Shown here: positions 48,315 through 58,080 of the stretch, one piece after another | Numbering within the stretch: position 1 is the stretch's first letter | Layout: each line of letters opens with the position of its first letter | DNA from: an uncultured Johnsonella sp. | Lineage (GTDB): Bacteria; Bacillota; Clostridia; Lachnospirales; Lachnospiraceae | Assembly: GCA_937927235.1 (NCBI GenBank) | Contig: CALBCM010000035.1 | Coordinates: 11,017-75,016 of the forward strand | Direction: 5' to 3' | DNA: 64,000 nt | The notes under the pieces: model-generated | Seen by the model: the letters and a program-made list of their open reading frames with translations, nothing else | The model's database searches: none | What the model was told of the DNA's origin: nothing | Made by a program: the position numbers and the translations under genes

Positions 48315-50726
48315 ATGAAACGACCCTGGCTGCTGATTTTAACTGCCTGCGTGCTTGGAGAGCTCTACGGATTAAAATTTGCATGGAAGGGCACAGCGGT
48401 ATTATTGATTATACTGCTGATATTGTTTTTAATACATTATAAATTTAAAAAATTAAGTAAAAACAATTTTAAATATATTATAATATTTTCAACAGTATTC
48501 ACGCTGTCTTTTTTGCGGATAAATATTGAGAATTATCTGTATCTTAATAATCCACAGGCTTTATATATAGAAAAGCTTATGACAAATAAAGCTGTTGATA
48601 AAAGGAATAATAATTCTGAGATTACTCTTGAAGGCAGTGTAAGTCATATAAGCCAAAAGGGAGAAAAGCTCAGGCTCACTATGGGCTGCATTATAATTTA
48701 TGCTGATGTAGCCGCTGCTAAGGAAATAAAAATAGGAAATGGCATCAGAGTATCGGGAAGGATAAAGACTGTAAAACCTGCATCAAATCCGGGCGAATTT
48801 GATGCAGAGTACTATTACAGAGCTTTAGGAATAAGATTTTTTATATCAGCCAAAAAACTTTCACTTGTAAAACACGGCTATAACCTTCCGCTGCAGTTCT
48901 TATATAATCTCAGAGCCGGCACAACGGAAGCTCTTATTAAAATATTTAATCAGGATACCTCAGCTTTTGCAGCCGCTGCGCTGCTTGGCGAAAAAAATTT
49001 ACTTGATGAGGATATATATGAGCTTTACAGAAAAAACGGAATAGCTCATCTGCTTGCTATAAGCGGACTGCATGCCGCAATATTTGGGGTGGCTCTTTAT
49101 ACACTTTTAAGAAAGAAAGCGAGGCTGGGATTTACTGCCTCGGCTTTAATTTCAGGAGTGGTGCTTATAATCTATGCTATATTTACAGGTGCTTCAATAA
49201 GCGTAGTAAGAGCAGTGGCTATGCTGCTTATTGCTTTTACAGCCGAGATAATAGGCAGAACCTATGACCTGGTTTCTGCAGCCGGCTTGGCGGCGTATGC
49301 CTTGCTGATGTATTCTCCCTATAATCTTTTTAATTCAGGCTTTTTGCTTTCGTTTTCAGCAGTATTAGCTATAGGCATGGCAGCGGCTCCTATTATAAAA
49401 AAATATAAAATTAAAAATAAAATTCTGACAGCCTTAATTACAGGTATTTTGCTTCAGATAAGTACCCTGCCTTTAATTACATATTTCTTTTATTCTTTTT
49501 CTCTATATGGATTTATAATAAATTTAATCGTAATTCCTCTGATGGGAATATTTCTGTGCAGCAGTCTGATTGCTTTATTGACAAGCTTTCTTTTTCCTCC
49601 ACTTGCAGCGATTATTGCTTATATCCCTGAAGGCATTGTAGGGTTTTATACTAATTTGTGCGAAGCTTTTTCAAGACTGCCTTATTACAGCGTGCTTACA
49701 GGCAGACCTTCAGCAGCTCAGATTTTAATATACTACAGCTTGCTTATATTAGTGCTTTATATCATCCTTAATGTAAAGAGTAAAATTCAAAAAACAAATA
49801 TACTTAGATATGATGCTGGCTTTATCCGGTATTTATATGATAAAATAAAGCTTAAAAGGGTCGATTTCCCCCCTGTCTGTATTTCAGTTATTTTGTTGCT
49901 GCCGCTGATATTATTAAAGCTGCCCTCATTTTATACTGAAATCTATTTCATAGATGTGGGACAGGGCGACGGCATATATATGAAGACAGCCGGTGAGGAT
50001 ATATTAATTGATTCAGGGAGCACTACAAATAAGGAATTCGGCAGACGCACCTTAAAACCTTTTTTGCAGTGCATGGCGGTAGACAGTATAGAAAAAGTAT
50101 TTATAACACATGCCGATATAGACCATACCAGCGGAATACTTTACCTGCTGGAGGAAGATAAGGAGATAAAGATTAAGGAGCTTTATCTTCCCTGCCCTGC
50201 CGAGCACGATTCAAAATATGACAGGATAAGACAGGCGGCAAAATTTAAAAATACGGAGATTAAATATGCTTCAAAAGGGGACAAAATAGGAGAGTTTTTA
50301 TGTGTTTCACCCTGTAATAACTGTGAAATTAAGGATGTAAATGAGCAGAGCATAGTTCTCTTATATCAGGAAAACAATTTTAAGGCTCTTTTTACAGGTG
50401 ATGCAGGCAAGGTATCGGAAGAAAGAATTTTGGCTGATGCCGAGCTTAGCGAGTCTATCAAGGATATGAGCCTGCTTAAGGTAGGACATCACGGCTCATT
50501 TACTGCTTCGGGAGAGGATTTTATTAAAGCTATGAAGCCTGCGGCAGGGATACTCTCTTATGGTGAAAATAACCGCTATGGGCATCCGCATAAGGAAGTA
50601 GTGTATTTATTAAAAAAATATAAGGTGAAAACCTATGCTACTTCTGACTGCGGGCAGATTAAAGTCAGGATTAAAAATAACAGGATAGACATTTCAACAT
50701 TTTTAAAATCCGGCAGAAAGGAATAG
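48315..50726 (+). CDS. comEC: DNA uptake competence protein ComEC/Rec2
   Basis: NPGEFD, GIAHLLAISGLH, DVGQGD, THADIDH, KVGHHGS, NRYGHPH. Confidence 0.94.
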   Translation: MKRPWLLILTACVLGELYGLKFAWKGTAVLLIILLILFLIHYKFKKLSKNNFKYIIIFSTVFTLSFLRINIENYLYLNNPQALYIEKLMTNKAVDKRNNNSEITLEGSVSHISQKGEKLRLTMGCIIIYADVAAAKEIKIGNGIRVSGRIKTVKPASNPGEFDAEYYYRALGIRFFISAKKLSLVKHGYNLPLQFLYNLRAGTTEALIKIFNQDTSAFAAAALLGEKNLLDEDIYELYRKNGIAHLLAISGLHAAIFGVALYTLLRKKARLGFTASALISGVVLIIYAIFTGASISVVRAVAMLLIAFTAEIIGRTYDLVSAAGLAAYALLMYSPYNLFNSGFLLSFSAVLAIGMAAAPIIKKYKIKNKILTALITGILLQISTLPLITYFFYSFSLYGFIINLIVIPLMGIFLCSSLIALLTSFLFPPLAAIIAYIPEGIVGFYTNLCEAFSRLPYYSVLTGRPSAAQILIYYSLLILVLYIILNVKSKIQKTNILRYDAGFIRYLYDKIKLKRVDFPPVCISVILLLPLILLKLPSFYTEIYFIDVGQGDGIYMKTAGEDILIDSGSTTNKEFGRRTLKPFLQCMAVDSIEKVFITHADIDHTSGILYLLEEDKEIKIKELYLPCPAEHDSKYDRIRQAAKFKNTEIKYASKGDKIGEFLCVSPCNNCEIKDVNEQSIVLLYQENNFKALFTGDAGKVSEERILADAELSESIKDMSLLKVGHHGSFTASGEDFIKAMKPAAGILSYGENNRYGHPHKEVVYLLKKYKVKTYATSDCGQIKVRIKNNRIDISTFLKSGRKE

Positions 50727-50738
50727 TGAGAGATAACT

Positions 50739-51707
50739 TTGAAGACATTAAATTCAGATATAAAATCAAAAAAATTTCATAGAGCCTATCTGCTTTACGG
50801 AAATGAGAATTATCTTTTAAAAAACTATAAGCTTTCTTTTAAAAAAGCCGTTGCAGGTAATAATGAAATGAATTATGAATATTTTGAGGGAAAATCTGCA
50901 GATATAAGCAGATTTATTGATGCACTTATGACTGCTCCCTTTTTTGCTGAAAAAAGGTGTATAATTGCTGAGGATACCGGCTGGTTTAAGACCTCTCCTG
51001 AAAGGGTGGTCGATTTTATTGAGAAGCTTCCTTCCAGCAGTGTAGTAATTTTTATTGAAAGGGAGGTTGACAAAAAGAGCAGGCTTTATAAAAAGATAGC
51101 TGAAATAGGCTATTTGGCAGAGCTTGACCATCTCAAAAAAAATATGCTGAGAAACTGGGCAGCCGGAATACTGGGACGTGCAGGAAAAAAAATTACTGTT
51201 GCAAATATGGATTTATTTTTAAGCTGTACCGGTGATGATATGGAAAGGATAAGTAATGAGCTGGAAAAGCTTATTGCTTATAAGGGTGAGGAGGAAGTGA
51301 TTGAAAGTGCGGATATTGAAAGCATAGTGACGGTAAATATTGAAGATAAGATTTTTGAGATGGTGGAAGCGGCAGCTTCAAAGCGTATAAATGAAGCTAT
51401 GAAAAGATATAAGGATTTGCTGATCTTAAAAGAGGCTCCCAAGAAAATGTTTTTGCTGACGGCAAAACAGTTCAGCAGGCTTTTGGCTCTGAATGAAGCT
51501 CTAAAAGCCGGAGCTTCTGTTGACGAGATGGCAAAAATACTTCAAATTAAACAATTTAATCTGGTAAAATTAAAAAAGGAAGCAGAAAATTTTGACACCG
51601 CAGAGCTTGAAAAATATGTAAAAAGATGTGCTGAAATTGAAGAGGGCATGAATACCGGAAATATCCCTGAAACCCTTGCAGCCGAGCTTATAATCACTAT
51701 GCCTTAA
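50739..51707 (+). CDS. holA: DNA polymerase III delta subunit
   Basis: YLLYG.E.YL, PFFAEKR, VDK..RLYK, NELEKL; conserved position after comEC. Confidence 0.9.
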   Translation: MKTLNSDIKSKKFHRAYLLYGNENYLLKNYKLSFKKAVAGNNEMNYEYFEGKSADISRFIDALMTAPFFAEKRCIIAEDTGWFKTSPERVVDFIEKLPSSSVVIFIEREVDKKSRLYKKIAEIGYLAELDHLKKNMLRNWAAGILGRAGKKITVANMDLFLSCTGDDMERISNELEKLIAYKGEEEVIESADIESIVTVNIEDKIFEMVEAAASKRINEAMKRYKDLLILKEAPKKMFLLTAKQFSRLLALNEALKAGASVDEMAKILQIKQFNLVKLKKEAENFDTAELEKYVKRCAEIEEGMNTGNIPETLAAELIITMP

Positions 51708-51824
51708 CACCGTATTAATTCTTTTTTAGTTTTTCTTGTAGTCTATGCATTTATCTGACTTTTTTGTATAATATAGCTACAGCTATTAATTAGAGTATAG
51801 AGAAAGGAAAGGGAGGGAAGTATT

Positions 51825-53495
51825 ATGAAAAATATAATCAAAAAAATCTTAAAACCTGCAGCCCCGGCACTGCTTTCTGTCTGTATTGCTGCCGGTGCTT
51901 TGGCAGGCTGTGCAGCGCCGGAGAGGTCTTCAGATTCAGGAAGCAATAATAAATCAGACAACAGCGCCAAAAAAGAAAGGGCTGAAAGGGACGGACAGCA
52001 CCAAAAAAGCGGGGCTGAAGCGGGTTGGCCTAAAGGTGAAAACGGGGCAAATATAACAGACGATTATTATAATCAGGAGCCTTATAACACCGAGGAATAC
52101 ACGGCAATAAATGAAAACAGCTTTATGTCGGTCAGTGCAAATCCGCTTTCAACCTTTGCCGCCGATGTAGATACCGCCTCATATTCCATTGTCAGAAAGA
52201 AAATTAATGAGGGAATTGTGCCGGATATTGATTCAGTAAGAATAGAGGAAATGCTGAATTATTTTACTTATGATTATCCTCAGCCTAAAGAAGGCGAGCC
52301 CTTTTCAGTAACTACGGAAATTACCGACTGCCCGTGGAATAAGGATTCTAAGCTGATGCTTATCGGACTTCAGGCACAAAAGGTTGATTTATCGGAGGCT
52401 AAGCCCTCTAATCTGGTATTTTTAATTGATGTGTCGGGTTCTATGGAAGAGCCTGATAAGCTCCCTCTGGTAAAAAGAGCATTCGGACTCTTAGTTGAGC
52501 AGTTGAAAAAGGAAGATAAGGTTTCTATAGTAACCTATGCTTCCGGTGATGAGGTGGTGCTTAGGGGTGCCGACGGAGCAGATAAAAATACTATTAAAAC
52601 AGCTATAGATGAGCTTGCCGCCGGAGGCTCCACCGCCGGTGCCAAAGGTATTGAAACTGCTTATGAGATAGCGGAAAAAAACTTTATAGAGGGGGGAAAC
52701 AACCGAATAATACTTGCGACTGACGGAGATTTAAACGTAGGCATTACCAGTGAGGGCGAGCTTAAAAAGCTCATAAAAAAGAAAAAGGAGGGCGGAGTCT
52801 TTTTATCGGTGCTTGGATTTGGACAGGGCAATATCAAAGATAATAAGCTGCAGGCACTTGCTGATAACGGCAACGGAAACTATTCCTATATTGATTCTAT
52901 CTATGAGGCAAGAAAGGTGCTGGTATCCGAACTTGGAGGCACCTGTCACGCAGTTGCCAAGGACGTGAAGCTGCAGCTGGAGTTTAATCCCTATAATGTT
53001 AAAGGCTACAGACTTATAGGCTATGAAAGCCGTGTTATGGCGGCAGAGGATTTTGATGATGATAAAAAAGACGGCGGAGAAATAGGCTCGGGGCATAGAG
53101 TGACTGTGCTGTACGAGATAGTCACGACAGACTCTCCGATGGAAATAGGAGGAGATTTAAAATATCAGGATAAGACAGACAATACAAAGGAAGCGGCAGC
53201 TGATGAGCTGGCAACAGTGAGCATAAGATATAAAAATCCTGATGAGGCTGCAAGCTCCCTGCTTGAATACCCCGTGAAAAAAGATCTAATCAAGGACCAG
53301 ATGTCCGACAATATGTCATTTGCAGCCGGAGTAGCTGAGCTTGGAATGCTGTTAAGACACTCGGAATACGCCGGCAGTTCAAGCTATGACTCCGTGCTTG
53401 AGCTTTTAGGAAATGTGAGAGAAAGCGATGACAGCAGGGATGAGCTTAAAATGCTGGTTAAGAAGCTTAAACAAATAGACATAAGAGAAAATTAA
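51825..53495 (+). CDS. YfbK-like vWA-domain lipoprotein (vWF_A, VWA, DUF3520)
   Basis: Lipobox LAGC, PLSTFAADVDTASY, IDVSGSM, ATDGD.NVG, YRLIGYE.R. Confidence 0.88.
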   Translation: MKNIIKKILKPAAPALLSVCIAAGALAGCAAPERSSDSGSNNKSDNSAKKERAERDGQHQKSGAEAGWPKGENGANITDDYYNQEPYNTEEYTAINENSFMSVSANPLSTFAADVDTASYSIVRKKINEGIVPDIDSVRIEEMLNYFTYDYPQPKEGEPFSVTTEITDCPWNKDSKLMLIGLQAQKVDLSEAKPSNLVFLIDVSGSMEEPDKLPLVKRAFGLLVEQLKKEDKVSIVTYASGDEVVLRGADGADKNTIKTAIDELAAGGSTAGAKGIETAYEIAEKNFIEGGNNRIILATDGDLNVGITSEGELKKLIKKKKEGGVFLSVLGFGQGNIKDNKLQALADNGNGNYSYIDSIYEARKVLVSELGGTCHAVAKDVKLQLEFNPYNVKGYRLIGYESRVMAAEDFDDDKKDGGEIGSGHRVTVLYEIVTTDSPMEIGGDLKYQDKTDNTKEAAADELATVSIRYKNPDEAASSLLEYPVKKDLIKDQMSDNMSFAAGVAELGMLLRHSEYAGSSSYDSVLELLGNVRESDDSRDELKMLVKKLKQIDIREN

Positions 53496-53560
53496 GACTA
53501 TCCGGCAATATAGAAAAATATTGAAATGATTTTTTGTCAATATTGGTGGTGGAGGAGAAT

Positions 53561-54214
53561 ATGAAAGAAGCTAAAAGGTTTTCATGGGTATTAAGTACAT
53601 TCTTTGTTGTGTTATTTTATATATGGGTTTACTATATTGCAAATGTCATTACAGGATTAAAATTTGAAACCTGGATTTTTATTGCATTAAATGTTATTTT
53701 CTTTGTGACAATGGCAATATTGATTATAGTACAAATCATAAAGGCAATATTTGCGGTAAAGAGAGAAGATATAAGCTATTGCCTGCACGGGCTGTTCTTT
53801 TTTAAATATACATTACTTCCGGCTGCATTAGCCTTTATTTTAATCTCACTTATGATTTTAGGTGTCGGAATAAGTGTTTCAATAGCACTGTTAATATTTC
53901 CGGGAGGTATTTTTGCAGCACCGATTTTAACAGCTGTATCGTTTATTTTGCCTCAGGTGTTGCTTGCTGTTATATTTATGATGGCATTACCTGGTTTAGT
54001 TTTAGGTATTTGCAGTATTATTCTTACAAAAAAGGAGAAGAAAATAACTTTGGGAGAATGTATATTGCATATTTTATTGCAGCTGATACCGGCATTAGAT
54101 CTGATAGACGGATTATTTATTTCCATATATTATTGGAAGGTTGGCAGAGTGCTGGCTGTGATTTCCGTACTGTCTGTTATTGCAGGGAGTATAGTATTTA
54201 GAATGTGCTTATAA
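53561..54214 (+). CDS. Hypothetical multi-pass membrane protein
   Basis: Long hydrophobic ORF with RBS GGAGGAG. Confidence 0.7.
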   Translation: MKEAKRFSWVLSTFFVVLFYIWVYYIANVITGLKFETWIFIALNVIFFVTMAILIIVQIIKAIFAVKREDISYCLHGLFFFKYTLLPAALAFILISLMILGVGISVSIALLIFPGGIFAAPILTAVSFILPQVLLAVIFMMALPGLVLGICSIILTKKEKKITLGECILHILLQLIPALDLIDGLFISIYYWKVGRVLAVISVLSVIAGSIVFRMCL

Positions 54215-54400
54215 AGCATAAAAAATATTAAACAACATATTTTTTTCAATAATATAAAAGCTCGATAAGTATTTTAACAAAAAACATATAATTTGAACAA
54301 ACTTTAAAAGCTTAAATAAATATAAAAGAAGATAATGAAAAATCCCCTGTAGTTAATTAGTGTATTATTAAATACAGGGGATGATATTATATATATAAAT

Positions 54401-54438
54401 AAAAAGCAGGTGACCCTTTTTCAGATCACCTGCTTTTT
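54401..54438. terminator. Bidirectional terminator after rpsT
   Basis: aaaaagcaggtga ... tcacctgcttttt. Confidence 0.8.
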
Positions 54439-54443
54439 AAAAT

Positions 54444-54707
54444 CTAGCCCAAAGAATTTACCGCTCTTGTAAGCCTTGAAATTTTTCTTGCAGAGTTGTT
54501 TTTATGATAAACACCCTTGCCTGCTGCCTGAGCTATAATAACCTCTGCCTCATTGAGCACCTTTTTTGCACTTTCCTTATCTCCTGAAAGCACAGCTGCA
54601 TCAACCTTTTTAATTGCAGTTTTAACTCTGGATTTTATAGATTTATTTCTCGCAGCTCTTGTTTCATTTACCTTAATTCTTTTCTTAGCGGATTTAATAT
54701 TAGCCAA
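54444..54707 (-). CDS. rpsT: 30S ribosomal protein S20
   Basis: MANIKSAKKR...N...KS..KTAIKK...KG.YHKN..ARK.SRL; TTG start. Confidence 0.98.
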   Translation of the reverse strand: MANIKSAKKRIKVNETRAARNKSIKSRVKTAIKKVDAAVLSGDKESAKKVLNEAEVIIAQAAGKGVYHKNNSARKISRLTRAVNSLG

Positions 54708-54893
54708 TTTATACCTCCAATATAATCAGTGACATTTTGCCGGATATGCCGGCACCATTATATATTAGCCTATACAAAGCCCCCTTTACGCAGCCGGCAG
54801 GTCTGAGATTTTATAAAAGAGCTTATGTATATTATAGTATTACATAGACATCAGAGTCCGGACACGGAACGGCTTGATGTAAACGCAACTGTT

Positions 54894-54922
54894 ATTTTAG
54901 GTGATAACAGGCTGTTTGTCAA
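54894..54922 (-). promoter_or_regulatory. rpsT sigma-A promoter
   Basis: TTGACA-17-TAAAAT on the minus strand. Confidence 0.75.
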
Positions 54923-55046
54923 TGAGTTAATTATAACTTGAGCTGGTAAAAAAATCTTAAAATTATGAATGATTGCAAGAATTCTGCTAAAATGATATGA
55001 TAAAGCAGAAACAAAGCAAATTTTAAAGTTGAATAAGGGGATAATA

Positions 55047-56855
55047 ATGTTTGACCAGGATAGAATCCGAAATTTCAGTATAATAGCACATATAGACCAC
55101 GGCAAATCAACACTTGCCGATAGAATTATAGAAATGACAGGACTTTTGACCAATAGAGAGATGCAGTCACAGGTTCTTGACAATATGGATCTTGAAAGAG
55201 AGAGAGGAATCACAATAAAAAGTCAGGCGGTAAGGACCGTCTATACTGCAAAGGACGGCAGGGAGTATATATTTAATCTTATAGACACTCCCGGACATGT
55301 GGACTTTAACTATGAGGTATCACGCTCTCTTGCAGCCTGTGACGGAGCAGTGCTGGTAGTTGATGCGGCACAGGGGATAGAAGCTCAGACACTGGCAAAT
55401 GTATATCTTGCTATTGCAAATAATCTTGAGGTAATACCGGTAATAAATAAAGTGGATTTGCCAAGTGCGGACCCCGACAATGTTGCGGCGGAGATAGAAG
55501 ATGTAATAGGAATAGAAGCCTCTGATGCTCCGAGAATATCTGCAAAGATGGGAATAAATATTGAAGAAGTGCTTGAAACCATAGTAAAAAAGATTCCTGC
55601 CCCTAAGGGGAGCAGAGATAATCCGCTTCAGGCACTTATATTTGATTCACTTTATGATTCATATAAGGGAGTGATAGTTTTTGTGCGTATAAAGGAGGGA
55701 GTTGTTAAAAAAGGCACTAATATACTCATGATGGCGACAAAGGCTTCCTATGAGGTAGTGGAGGTAGGCTATTTCGGAGCCGGAAGATTTATACAGTGCG
55801 ATGAGCTCTCTCCCGGCATGGTAGGCTATATAACTGCAAGCATTAAAAATGTCAAGGACACCAGAGTGGGCGATACGGTAACTGATGCAAATCATCCGTG
55901 TAAAGCAGCACTGCCCGGCTATAAAAAGGTAACACCTATGGTCTACTGCGGACTTTACCCCTCTGACGGAGCCAAGTACAATGATTTAAGAGATGCACTT
56001 GAAAAGCTACAGCTTAATGACGCTTCCTTGTTTTATGAGCCTGAAACCTCACTTGCACTTGGATTCGGCTTTAGATGCGGCTTTCTCGGGCTGCTTCATC
56101 TAGAAATAATTCAGGAAAGACTGGAAAGGGAATATAATCTGGATTTGGTAACCACCGCTCCCGGAGTTGTGTATAAGGTTTATAAAACTGACGGAAGCTT
56201 AATAGAGCTGACCAATCCCTCAAACCTGCCGGAGCCGAGTGAAATAGAGCATATGGAGGAGCCTGTAGTTTCAGCTGAGATTATGCTTACTAAAGAGTTT
56301 GTAGGTGCCATCATGAATCTTTGCCAGGAAAGGCGGGGAGTATATATAGGCATGGAGTATATAGAAGAAAACAGGGCTTTGCTGAAATATGATTTGCCTT
56401 TAAATGAAATAATCTATGATTTTTTTGATGTCTTAAAAAGCCGCTCAAGAGGCTATGCCTCACTTGATTATGATATAAAGGGTTATCAACCCTCAAAGCT
56501 TCAGAAGCTTGATATACTGATAAACAAAGAAGAAGTGGATGCCCTCTCCTTTATAGTGCATGCGGATTCAGCCTATGAGAGAGGCAGAAAAATGTGTGAA
56601 AAGCTTAAAGAGGAGATTCCGAGACATCTCTTTGAAATACCGATACAGGCTGCCATAGGCAGCAAGGTCATTGCAAGAGAAACCGTCAGGGCGGTGAGAA
56701 AGGATGTGCTTGCCAAATGCTACGGCGGAGATATTTCACGAAAGAGAAAGCTGCTTGAGAAACAGAAAGAGGGCAAAAAACGTATGCGTCAGATAGGAAA
56801 TGTTGAAATACCTCAAAAGGCATTTATGAGTGTTTTAAAGCTTGATGACGAATAG
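55047..56855 (+). CDS. lepA: Elongation factor 4
   Basis: [45 protein letters not shown]. Confidence 0.98.
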   Translation: MFDQDRIRNFSIIAHIDHGKSTLADRIIEMTGLLTNREMQSQVLDNMDLERERGITIKSQAVRTVYTAKDGREYIFNLIDTPGHVDFNYEVSRSLAACDGAVLVVDAAQGIEAQTLANVYLAIANNLEVIPVINKVDLPSADPDNVAAEIEDVIGIEASDAPRISAKMGINIEEVLETIVKKIPAPKGSRDNPLQALIFDSLYDSYKGVIVFVRIKEGVVKKGTNILMMATKASYEVVEVGYFGAGRFIQCDELSPGMVGYITASIKNVKDTRVGDTVTDANHPCKAALPGYKKVTPMVYCGLYPSDGAKYNDLRDALEKLQLNDASLFYEPETSLALGFGFRCGFLGLLHLEIIQERLEREYNLDLVTTAPGVVYKVYKTDGSLIELTNPSNLPEPSEIEHMEEPVVSAEIMLTKEFVGAIMNLCQERRGVYIGMEYIEENRALLKYDLPLNEIIYDFFDVLKSRSRGYASLDYDIKGYQPSKLQKLDILINKEEVDALSFIVHADSAYERGRKMCEKLKEEIPRHLFEIPIQAAIGSKVIARETVRAVRKDVLAKCYGGDISRKRKLLEKQKEGKKRMRQIGNVEIPQKAFMSVLKLDDE

Positions 56856-56892
56856 GCAATGATTGTAAGGATTTAAGGAATTAAAAACAGCT

Positions 56893-58053
56893 ATGAATGA
56901 AAAAAAGAAACTTGAGCTATATCTGCATATTCCATTTTGTGAAAGCAAGTGTAAATACTGCGATTTTCTTTCTGCTTCGGCAGACAGCTCTGCACATAAG
57001 GCGTATGTGGATAAGCTTGTAGAAGAAATAAGAGCACAGGGCTCTAATTATAAGGGCTATCAGGTTAATACTATATTTATAGGAGGAGGCACTCCTTCTA
57101 TACTTTCAGGAGTATGGGTATCAAACCTAATGAGTGCCATTTATGAAAGCTTTGTAGTTGAAGCCTCCGCTGAAGCTACTATAGAGTGCAATCCGGGTAC
57201 ACTTGACGCTGAAAAGCTTTCATATTTCAAACAATCCGGCATAAATCGAATAAGTCTTGGACTTCAGTCTGCGATTGATGAGGAGCTTGAAAGGCTGGGC
57301 AGAATACATACCTATGATAAATTTCTGGAAAGCTATCAATTAGTCAGAGAGGCAGGCTTTCATAATGTAAATATCGACCTTATGAGCGGGCTGCCCTCTC
57401 AGACTCTGGAAAGCTGGAAGACTACTTTAAAAAATGTGGTAAGGCTTAAGCCGGAGCATATTTCAGCCTATTCACTTATAATAGAGGAGGGCACGGAATT
57501 TGCCAGAATCTATAATACAGAAGAAGGGAAAAAGCTTCTTCCAAGCGAAGCTGCAGAAAGAAAAATGTATAAAATGACAGCGGATTTTCTGCAAAAATTC
57601 GGCTATGAAAGATATGAAATCAGCAATTATGCAAAGCCGGGTTTTCAAAGCATACATAATACAGGCTACTGGACCGGAGCCGAGTACCTGGGAATGGGAC
57701 TTGGTGCTTCAAGCTATGTATTTAAACGGCGCTTTCATGTAGAGAGAGATATAAGAAAATATATGGCAATAGATTTTGAAAATGATATTACGCCGCTTTA
57801 TCAGGAGGTACAGGAGCTTACTCTTGAAGATGAAATGAGTGAATTTATGTTTTTGGGTCTTCGCATGATGAGGGGAGTTTCCGGAGAGGAGTTTCTATCA
57901 AGGTTTGATTATAATATTTATAATGTATTCGGAGAGGCAATTCAGAGAAATAAGGACCTCGGACTGCTTATAAATGACGGCTCCCATATCAGGCTTACTG
58001 CAAGAGGAATTGATTTAAGTAATAGAGTGATGAGTGATTTTATACTGAGTTAG
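56893..58053 (+). CDS. hemW: Radical SAM heme chaperone
   Basis: YLHIPFC..KC.YCDF, GGGTPS, YEISNY, HN..YW; follows lepA. Confidence 0.93.
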   Translation: MNEKKKLELYLHIPFCESKCKYCDFLSASADSSAHKAYVDKLVEEIRAQGSNYKGYQVNTIFIGGGTPSILSGVWVSNLMSAIYESFVVEASAEATIECNPGTLDAEKLSYFKQSGINRISLGLQSAIDEELERLGRIHTYDKFLESYQLVREAGFHNVNIDLMSGLPSQTLESWKTTLKNVVRLKPEHISAYSLIIEEGTEFARIYNTEEGKKLLPSEAAERKMYKMTADFLQKFGYERYEISNYAKPGFQSIHNTGYWTGAEYLGMGLGASSYVFKRRFHVERDIRKYMAIDFENDITPLYQEVQELTLEDEMSEFMFLGLRMMRGVSGEEFLSRFDYNIYNVFGEAIQRNKDLGLLINDGSHIRLTARGIDLSNRVMSDFILS

Positions 58054-58080
58054 GAACACAACAACTTGGAGGAATCGGCA

